NCBI GenBank assembly: GCA_038247415.1
Contig: JBBRUX010000010.1
Coordinates: 33,191-97,190, forward strand
DNA: 64,000 bases
Source of the DNA: Chitinivibrionales bacterium
Lineage (GTDB): Bacteria > Fibrobacterota > Chitinivibrionia > Chitinivibrionales > WJKA01
Reading direction: 5' to 3'
Shown: in pieces, positions 56,788-64,000 of the stretch
How positions within the stretch are numbered: position 1 is the stretch's first letter
How the letters are laid out: each line of letters begins with the position of its first letter
Translations under genes and position numbers: made by a program
The notes under the pieces: model-generated
Database searches by the model: none
What the model was told of the DNA's origin: nothing
Seen by the model: only the letters and a program-made list of their open reading frames with translations

Positions 56788-58080
56788 ATGAACTCTATGA
56801 ATCTCGTGCTGCTATGGTTTATGGCATTCACCGTAGATGCATTGTCACAAGAAGTGAGTGCATTGGTCGGAGATGATGCTTCACAGGTGCGTCGATCAAT
56901 AACGATCGAACAGGCAATAGAAGCTACAGTAACAAAAAATTATTGGATCAAATCGGACTCTCTAGAGATCGATGTACAATCGGCAAATAAAAAACAAGTC
57001 GAGCTTCCCGATAATCCTGATTTTGTGATTGAGTCTGATAACATTGGCTTAACACAGGGTAGTCTTCGCAATGGTATGCCGTTGTCATTTCAAATTGAGC
57101 AATCTTTTCGGCCCTATGCCCGTTTGAAAAGAATTAGAGTTGCCAATGCTGGAATTGAAATTGCCCACGTCAATTTACAGAAACAAAAACAGGATTTGAT
57201 TGCCGAAGTTAAAACGAGATTTGTCACAGTGTTGGCACTTCAAAAAGTAAAAATTCTGGGAGACAGCCTTGTAGAAATCTCCAGTAATGCACATAGGGTT
57301 TCTGTTGGGCAGGCATCATCGGGTAAGGTGTCTGCTTCCGACAGCTTGAAAACTTCTGCCGAGTTTGCATTGTCTCGTATACGGCGTGACCGAGATTATC
57401 AAAGTTTAAGCAGCGCATATCAGGCGCTCGTCACGTTATGGAATTCAACTAATGTCAATATCTGGTGCCAAGGTAGCGAACTCGATCTAAACCCTTTTGT
57501 GCCCGATTCGGCCTCAGTTTTCGCGAAGTTATCTAATTCTGCAGACTATAAGATCTTTGTTTCTGAATTGGATAAGGAAAATGCAAAGCTTGAGTTAGAA
57601 AAAATAGTATGGATTCCCTCGATTCGCATTGGGGGAGGAGTTGAAATCGTTCGAGGCACGAGCGTAGCTTCACCGCGGGCTTCTCTTTCTCTTTCTCTAC
57701 CTTTCCTAAATTGGAATCAGGGCGCTATTGAGGCAGCTCGATATGGTGTTTTGCAAGCTGAGTTTAAACGTAAGGCAATCCAGACTCAAATTTACAGAAA
57801 CGTATTAAACACCTACCGTGCTGCAACCCGGATACATAATGAAATACGAACATTCAACACCAATATCCTGCCACAGTTCAAAGAAAGTCTTGATGCATCA
57901 TATACCGCATATGTTTCAGGAAAAGTAGGTGTTCTGGCGGTGGTTGATGCACAACGTAGTTTCTATGAGGCCTCACGCAATTTTATAGAGATGCATCGGG
58001 ATTTACAGTTTTCTCTTATTGAACTCGAGCGTTTGACTTCAATCGTCAACGTAACACTTAATGCTTTACATAAGGAGTAA
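56788..58080 (+). CDS. CzcC-like outer membrane factor (TolC family)
   Basis: Signal peptide, LPDNP, SLSLPFLNWNQG, AYVSG..VVDAQR; precedes the adaptor and RND pump. Confidence 0.85.
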   Translation: MNSMNLVLLWFMAFTVDALSQEVSALVGDDASQVRRSITIEQAIEATVTKNYWIKSDSLEIDVQSANKKQVELPDNPDFVIESDNIGLTQGSLRNGMPLSFQIEQSFRPYARLKRIRVANAGIEIAHVNLQKQKQDLIAEVKTRFVTVLALQKVKILGDSLVEISSNAHRVSVGQASSGKVSASDSLKTSAEFALSRIRRDRDYQSLSSAYQALVTLWNSTNVNIWCQGSELDLNPFVPDSASVFAKLSNSADYKIFVSELDKENAKLELEKIVWIPSIRIGGGVEIVRGTSVASPRASLSLSLPFLNWNQGAIEAARYGVLQAEFKRKAIQTQIYRNVLNTYRAATRIHNEIRTFNTNILPQFKESLDASYTAYVSGKVGVLAVVDAQRSFYEASRNFIEMHRDLQFSLIELERLTSIVNVTLNALHKE

Positions 58081-58082
58081 TT

Positions 58083-59645
58083 ATGAATGTACTATCGACG
58101 TTGATTTTTTCCTTGATTGTCACGGCTTTGCTAGTATCCTCATGCAACCAAAGGAGCAATTACACTCAACATGCCAAAGAAGCAACCGCGAAGGAAATAG
58201 TATCCCAAACTCCCTTAAAAAACGAAGAAAAACTGGTATGCGCAGTGCACAATGCGCCTAAAAAGGCCTGTTTCATCTGCGATGAATCTTTGCGGGAAAA
58301 AAAACGTCTCTGGTGCAAAGAGCATAACCGCTACGAGGACCGCTGCTTTATTTGTCACCCTGAAGCGCAGGATAAGTCCAACCTCTATTGCAGCGAGCAT
58401 GGCCTTTACGAAAAAGAATGTTTTATCTGCCACCCTGAATTGGTTCCCCATGATAGCAAGGAGAAGGCAGAAACCAAGCAGCCGACAGAGGTTGACATAA
58501 TCTGCAAAGAGCATGGAATGCCGGAACGCGAAGATGGCATTTGTCATCCTGAGTTGCTTGGGGCATTAAAGCCAGGCCAAGGACTAAAGGTCCGGTTTGA
58601 GTCAACACAATCTGCCGAAAAAGCCGGAATAGCGGTAACCTTGCCGGAATCATCGTTAGTCAAAGGGGAAATTTCGTTTCCCGCTCGCACTGCATTCAAT
58701 GAAAGCGCATCTTTGATGGTTATTGCACGCTATGCCGGTACAATAATATCCGTCAAGGCAGATTTAGGTTCGGTGGTTAAAAAAGGAGATGTGCTGGCAA
58801 TCATCTCCTCGCCCGAACTCGCCCGCATCGTCGCAGAATTCAGAAGTACCGAGAGCGACGCGCGCGTGAAGGAGACTGAGTACCTCAGAGAAAAAGACCT
58901 GTTTGAAAAGAATGTTTCATCCCGTCAAGAGATGGATAACGCATTCGCCATGTTCAATCGTACTCGTAATTCATCCGATGCAATTAAACAGCAATTGATG
59001 AATGCCGGGATTTCTTCTGAAAACATCTCGGACATTTTAACTAAAAGCTCGTTTTCCTCCGAATTTTCGGTTCGCGCTCCGGTCTCAGGAACAGTTACAC
59101 AGCGGTCTGTTGCCGTCGGGCAGAATGTTGTTCCGGAGACGCCTATTATGACGATTGTCGATCTTTCTTCATTATGGGTTCATGTATCGGTGCCTGCACC
59201 CATCAGTACAAAGCTGCAAATAGGCGATGTACTGAGTATCGCCATTGAAGAATCCAGGACAGTACCGGCAAAAATCGATTGGATCTCTCCCGAGATCGAT
59301 CAAGCAAGTGGCAGTGTAAATATCAGGGCTATTTTAAAGAACGCGAACAGAACTATTAAGAGTGGGATGCTTTGCAAGGCATTTTTTAAAAACGATGGAA
59401 GTAAGAGCGCGCTGGTTATCGCAGCTAATGCTATGGTCAAGATAGATGCTATGGACTTTGTATTCATAAAAATTGAATCAGACCTTTACGAGGTGCGTAG
59501 AGTCGCTCTCGAAGGCATCACAGATGGGAAAGCAATCATTTCCCAAGGCCTTGCATTAATTGACAAAGTAGTTGTGCAGGGAACATTTGTCGTTAAATCT
59601 GAACTTCTAAAATCACGTCTCGGCGCAGGATGCGTTGACGATTAA
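58083..59645 (+). CDS. CzcB-like RND periplasmic adaptor with four CxxH-x6-(C/D)xxC repeats
   Basis: Lipobox VSSC, repeats at aa 53-154, SSPELA, VRAPVSG, DLSSLWV, C-terminal GAGCVDD. Confidence 0.9.
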   Translation: MNVLSTLIFSLIVTALLVSSCNQRSNYTQHAKEATAKEIVSQTPLKNEEKLVCAVHNAPKKACFICDESLREKKRLWCKEHNRYEDRCFICHPEAQDKSNLYCSEHGLYEKECFICHPELVPHDSKEKAETKQPTEVDIICKEHGMPEREDGICHPELLGALKPGQGLKVRFESTQSAEKAGIAVTLPESSLVKGEISFPARTAFNESASLMVIARYAGTIISVKADLGSVVKKGDVLAIISSPELARIVAEFRSTESDARVKETEYLREKDLFEKNVSSRQEMDNAFAMFNRTRNSSDAIKQQLMNAGISSENISDILTKSSFSSEFSVRAPVSGTVTQRSVAVGQNVVPETPIMTIVDLSSLWVHVSVPAPISTKLQIGDVLSIAIEESRTVPAKIDWISPEIDQASGSVNIRAILKNANRTIKSGMLCKAFFKNDGSKSALVIAANAMVKIDAMDFVFIKIESDLYEVRRVALEGITDGKAIISQGLALIDKVVVQGTFVVKSELLKSRLGAGCVDD

Positions 59646-59654
59646 AGGGGCATT

Positions 59655-62600
59655 ATGTCGCATTTACTTGAATTCGTATTTAAATATCGTTTAACCATCA
59701 TTGTCGCTTTCGGTATATTCGCTGTTGTTGCAACCAGTACATTGCTTCACCTTCCAATCGATGCCTTTCCCGATACGACACCTGTTCAGGTACAGGTAAA
59801 TACTATCGCTCCTGCCTTGGGGCCGGAAGAAATCGAGCAGCAGATTACGGCTCCCTTAGAGCAATCAATTTCAGGTTTGCCGGGTCTCACCGACGTGCGT
59901 TCTATTTCGAAGTTCGGCTTATCGCAGGTAGTGGCGGTATTCAATGATCGTACGAAGATTTATGATGCCCGTCAATTGATATTAGAGAGGACTGGTAGTA
60001 TTGTACTTCCCGAAGGAATCGAAAAGCCTCAATTAGGGCCCATATCTACCGGGCTTGGAGAGGTATTTCATTACACATTGCAAAGCAGCGATCCCAATCG
60101 TCCTTTGGATGAAATCCGGACAATCCATGATTGGGTTGTAAAACCTGCATTACGAAAAGTTCCAGGAGTAGCCGAAGTAAACTCATGGGGTGGATTCGAA
60201 TTGCAGTACCAAGTGATAATCAAACCCGATATACTCGCCGAACGAAGCTTGACACTCGACGAAGTCATTGAGGCGTTGCGGAAAAATAATCAGAATGTTG
60301 GTGGCGGAGAAATTGTTTCTGGCGGTCAATCGGTGCTTGTCCAGGGACTTGGACGACTTTCAAGCATCGATGATATCGGCGATGTAGTCATCCGTTCGAA
60401 TAATGGCGTTCCTGTTCGGATATCTGATATAGCATCTGTTGCGAAAGGGCACGAAATACGTCGAGGAGCCGTGACCGGTTTTGGCAAAGGTGAATTGGTC
60501 CTTGGCTTGGGGTTCATGCTCATGGGTGAGAACAGCAAGGAGGTTACCGAACGACTTTCGTTAAAACTTACCGAGGTCAAGGCTTTTCTTCCGCCGGATA
60601 TCATCATTGACGTTGTATACGACCGGACACACCTTGTCCATGAAGTGATAAATACCGTCACGCATAATTTGCTGGCGGGCGCCGTGCTTGTCATTGGAAT
60701 ACTCTTCCTTATCCTGGGGAATTTCAGGGCGGGGATCGTTGTGGCAATCACCATTCCGTTTGCCGCACTATTTGCATTTCTTGGCATGTATCACTGTGCG
60801 ATTGCAGCCAGTCTTCTGAGTCTGGGTGCAATGGATTTTGGGGTTCTGGTTGATGGTTCGATTGTCATGATGGATGCAAACCTGAAACGCTTATCCGAAA
60901 GTTATCGATTGGTTGGAAGAAAACTGACTCCCCTTGAGCGCATGTCCGCAATTGTCAGCTCAGGCCAGGAAGTTCTTCGCCCTATCATTTTTGGGTTAGG
61001 CATCATTACCATTGTTTTTTTGCCAATTCTGACATTGGAAAACATTGAAGGTAAAATGTTCAGACCCATGGCGCTTACTTTCATTTTCGCAATTCTTGGT
61101 GCCCTTGTCACCACGATTTTCCTCATACCCTTATTAACCTACTACGCGCTCCCTGCGAATCGGGAACATACAGAAAGCAAAATTATTCTGTTTCTACAGG
61201 GCAACTATCAACGAATTCTTGATTTCGCCTTGTCAAAGCCACGGAGGATTCTTGTTGGCGTTGGTTTACTGATAGTAATTGCCGCTATCCTCGGGCTTCG
61301 GCTTGGAGGCGAGTTTATTCCGCGACTAAGCGAAGGGTCGCTGGTTATCAATACAATCCGCCTTGCGGGTGTTTCCATCGATGAGTCGGTACGCTACAAT
61401 ACCCGTATCGAACAGCAGCTTTTGGAGAGCTTTCCGAATGAAATTGACAAATGCTGGAGCCGGATTGGGTCGGCCGAAGTAGCCACTGACCCGATGGGGA
61501 CTGAACTTACCGATATATTTATTAAACTACATCCAAGAAGTACATGGAAACAGGCACGTACACAACAGGAGCTTGTAAAGAAAATCGATGCGGTGATGAC
61601 TGATCTTCCCGGGATAAATTATGTGTTCACCCAACCAATAGAAATGCGCATCAACGAGATGGTATCGGGTATTCGATCGGATGTGGGAATCAAGATCATC
61701 GGTGACAACTTTGACTCTTTGGTATTAATCAGCGACAGAGTTCAGAAAATCCTTTTGGATATAAAAGGGGCCTCCGATGTTGCTGGCGAGCAGATAACCG
61801 GGCAGCCTGTCTATCTTGCAAAAGTAAACCGTGAAAATGTCGCCCGCTATGGGGTGTCGTCAAGCGAGGCTTTGGAGATGATTGCACTGAACGGCAATTT
61901 TCGCGTCGGTGATTTGCAGCAGGAACAGCGCCGGTTCCCCATCACAGTCAGACTGCCCGATGAATACCGGACAAACCCGGATGCATTAAGCCAGGTGCAA
62001 CTGTCACTCGGAGAGGGAAAGAGGCTGCCAATTGGATCTCTTGTCGATTTTTCGCTTACCGAAGGTCCCGCAACAATCAATCATGAATGGGGACGCAGAT
62101 TAATCAAGGTGCAATGTAATGTGCTGGACCGCGATATATCATCGTTTGTGTCAGATGCCCGAGAAAAAATAGCGAAAGAGATTTCTCTACCCGAAGGATA
62201 TCTTATTGAATGGGGTGGACAGTTTGAGAATCTGGAGCGATCAAAGATGCGTTTTGCGATTGTCATTCCACTCACACTCCTTCTGATATTCTTTTTGCTC
62301 TATCTCAGCCTGCGCAATTTCAAAGAGGTGGTGATAATTTATACCGGCCTGCCATGTGCTTTCATAGGAGGTGTGATTGCACTCTGGATATGCGGGATAC
62401 CTTTCAGCGTGAGTGCGGCTGTTGGATTTATAGCACTCAGCGGTATTGCTGTTCTTAATGGTCAAATACTGGTAGGTGCGATCCGAAGTCGACTTGGACA
62501 AGGAGGATCTTTGCTTGCGTCAGTTCGAGAAGCTGCACGCACCCGGCTGCAACCAGTGCTTGCTACTGCTGCTGTTGACATTGCCGGATTCATACCCATG

Positions 62601-62762
62601 GCATTATCGACCGGGGTTGGATCCGAAGTTCAAAGGCCGCTTGCGACCGTTGTTATTGGCGGATTGTTCACCTCAACATTGTTGACTTTGGTGGTTTTGC
62701 CAATACTGTATATGATATGGCAGAAGACCGATCATAGTAACGAGTCTGCAATTAAAAAATGA
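59655..62762 (+). CDS. CusA/CzcA-family heavy-metal efflux RND transporter
   Basis: IDAFPD, LGPISTGLGE, SLGAMDFGVLVDG, EGKMFRPMA, TQPIEMR, GSEVQRPLATVVIGG. Confidence 0.95.
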   Translation: MSHLLEFVFKYRLTIIVAFGIFAVVATSTLLHLPIDAFPDTTPVQVQVNTIAPALGPEEIEQQITAPLEQSISGLPGLTDVRSISKFGLSQVVAVFNDRTKIYDARQLILERTGSIVLPEGIEKPQLGPISTGLGEVFHYTLQSSDPNRPLDEIRTIHDWVVKPALRKVPGVAEVNSWGGFELQYQVIIKPDILAERSLTLDEVIEALRKNNQNVGGGEIVSGGQSVLVQGLGRLSSIDDIGDVVIRSNNGVPVRISDIASVAKGHEIRRGAVTGFGKGELVLGLGFMLMGENSKEVTERLSLKLTEVKAFLPPDIIIDVVYDRTHLVHEVINTVTHNLLAGAVLVIGILFLILGNFRAGIVVAITIPFAALFAFLGMYHCAIAASLLSLGAMDFGVLVDGSIVMMDANLKRLSESYRLVGRKLTPLERMSAIVSSGQEVLRPIIFGLGIITIVFLPILTLENIEGKMFRPMALTFIFAILGALVTTIFLIPLLTYYALPANREHTESKIILFLQGNYQRILDFALSKPRRILVGVGLLIVIAAILGLRLGGEFIPRLSEGSLVINTIRLAGVSIDESVRYNTRIEQQLLESFPNEIDKCWSRIGSAEVATDPMGTELTDIFIKLHPRSTWKQARTQQELVKKIDAVMTDLPGINYVFTQPIEMRINEMVSGIRSDVGIKIIGDNFDSLVLISDRVQKILLDIKGASDVAGEQITGQPVYLAKVNRENVARYGVSSSEALEMIALNGNFRVGDLQQEQRRFPITVRLPDEYRTNPDALSQVQLSLGEGKRLPIGSLVDFSLTEGPATINHEWGRRLIKVQCNVLDRDISSFVSDAREKIAKEISLPEGYLIEWGGQFENLERSKMRFAIVIPLTLLLIFFLLYLSLRNFKEVVIIYTGLPCAFIGGVIALWICGIPFSVSAAVGFIALSGIAVLNGQILVGAIRSRLGQGGSLLASVREAARTRLQPVLATAAVDIAGFIPMALSTGVGSEVQRPLATVVIGGLFTSTLLTLVVLPILYMIWQKTDHSNESAIKK

Positions 62763-62801
62763 ACTAGATCACGAGGAGTCTGATACACTATACCTATTTG
62801 T

Positions 62802-64000
62802 TCACTTCAGGTTTTCGCTGAGCATTTTAATAAGCTCAGCTCTCCTGAATGGCTTTTCGATCTTGGCTGTAAACCCATAGTCTGCAGGACTCATCATGAC
62901 TGGATCATCGGCATAACCACTCGACACAATGACAATTGCAGTTTTATCTATTTTCAGAATCTCCTTCACTGCTTCTTCTCCGCCCATACCATTTGGAATT
63001 GTTAGGTCTAGAATCGACACAATAAAGGGCTTTCCGTTTGCGTGCGCCCAAGAAAAAAGCGCAAGAGCTTCCTGGCCGTCTTTTGCCTGTGCAACTTCAA
63101 AGCCTATGCTTTTTAGCATTGCACTTTCTGTGTCTCGCATAAAAGACTCATCATCCATAATTAGTATTCTGCCGATGCTTTTGTATTCGTTTGCTTTGGT
63201 ATTCTGCTCTGTAAAGATCTTTGCTTGTGATGCAGGAAGAAAAATTAAAAAGGTTGTTCCCGTGCCAGGCTCCGATTCAACTTCGATCCAGCCACCATGG
63301 CGTTTTACAATAGAATATACCGTTGCAAGACCCAGACCATGCCCCATTGCTTTTGTGGTAAAAAACGGGTCGAATATTTTAGGAAGAAGGTCTTTTGCAA
63401 TACCAATGCCCTTATCTTTAATTGAAATTTTCACGAAATTGCCAGCTTGCAAACCAGTTGCAACTCGTTTTTCGTCGATACTCATATTTTCGGCGCTAAT
63501 AAGGATTGTTCCGCCCAAGGGCATTGCCTGTTGAGCATTGATTATAATATTGTCAATAACCTGGCCAATCTGGTTTTCATCACAGTCGCAGGCCCATAGG
63601 TCTTGAGCAATGCTACAGGTACTGGATACGGTAGAACCCGAAAGCGCAAACTGCGCGCTTGTTTTAATTAATGGCGTTAGGTCTCGTGGAAAACGAATGG
63701 GCGCACCACCCTTTGCAAAGGTCAATAGCTGCCGGGTGAGAGCCTTGGTTCTTTCAAAAACACCCAAAGCTTCGATAAGTTCGTCGCGGGCCTCGTGGGG
63801 TTTGTTGTCGTCTAAATGTAGCTTTGCGAGCTCAACAAAGCCAAACATACCCCCAAGAAGATTATTGAAATCGTGTGCAATTCCTCCAGCCAATAATCCA
63901 AGAGATTCCAGCTTTTGCATTTGGTTAATCTGCTGATTGAGTTTTTCGCGCTCCTCTTCGGCAAGCTTTCGTTCGGTGATATCTCGTACATTGACAACCA
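62802..64000 (-). CDS. Hybrid PAS-histidine kinase-receiver protein (5' partial)
   Basis: Frame open to window edge: VRDITERK (PAS end), AGGIAHDFNN, DPFFTTK..GLGL, receiver MDDE..LDLT..KPF. Confidence 0.93.
   Translation of the reverse strand, partial: VVNVRDITERKLAEEEREKLNQQINQMQKLESLGLLAGGIAHDFNNLLGGMFGFVELAKLHLDDNKPHEARDELIEALGVFERTKALTRQLLTFAKGGAPIRFPRDLTPLIKTSAQFALSGSTVSSTCSIAQDLWACDCDENQIGQVIDNIIINAQQAMPLGGTILISAENMSIDEKRVATGLQAGNFVKISIKDKGIGIAKDLLPKIFDPFFTTKAMGHGLGLATVYSIVKRHGGWIEVESEPGTGTTFLIFLPASQAKIFTEQNTKANEYKSIGRILIMDDESFMRDTESAMLKSIGFEVAQAKDGQEALALFSWAHANGKPFIVSILDLTIPNGMGGEEAVKEILKIDKTAIVIVSSGYADDPVMMSPADYGFTAKIEKPFRRAELIKMLSENLK

Noticed and set aside
392..63997. Numerous short antisense or alternate-frame ORFs in the ORF track (e.g. 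1660-2442, 27851-28588, 62929-63534)
   Set aside because: Shadows of well-supported genes, with no motifs of their own
1..64000. CRISPR array, cas genes, reverse transcriptase, transposase, prophage or defence island
   Set aside because: No regularly spaced repeats or diagnostic motifs found by eye; the recBCD cluster is explained as housekeeping repair

Overview
Mostly core chromosome of a diderm bacterium. My inference from gene content and secreted-protein C-terminal tails is an FCB-group, probably Fibrobacterota/Chitinivibrionia-like, organism. Left to right: (1) a tightly packed mcsA(partial)-mcsB-clpC-tamB-like-bamA-skp-lpxD run; (2) a degenerate AnmK-like gene, divergent from a TolC/MacA/MacB-type exporter with two permeases, then HIT, GAF-HD-GYP and tyrS; (3) a first island of decayed gene fragments at about 22.8-24.9 kb; (4) an ABC-2 exporter, a GC-rich multi-hairpin intergenic element and a GH65 enzyme; (5) recC-recB-recD, rlmN, a large secreted protein, a stand-alone 4-helix sensor, hisD, tRNA-Ser(GGA) and a geranylgeranyl-reductase-family gene; (6) a CIRCE-controlled groES-groEL-hrcA-grpE-dnaJ operon with no dnaK; (7) a lectin-like/esterase secreted protein and a second decay island at about 53.9-56.2 kb; (8) a heavy-metal RND (CzcCBA-like) operon with a Cys-rich leader ORF and a Cys/His-repeat adaptor; (9) a partial hybrid histidine kinase. 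I saw no CRISPR array, rRNA, transposase, integrase or prophage. The best candidates for poorly described biology are the metal RND module, the McsAB-ClpC/OM-assembly coupling, the pseudo-AnmK and the structured intergenic element. All calls come from motif recognition by eye; no database searches were run.
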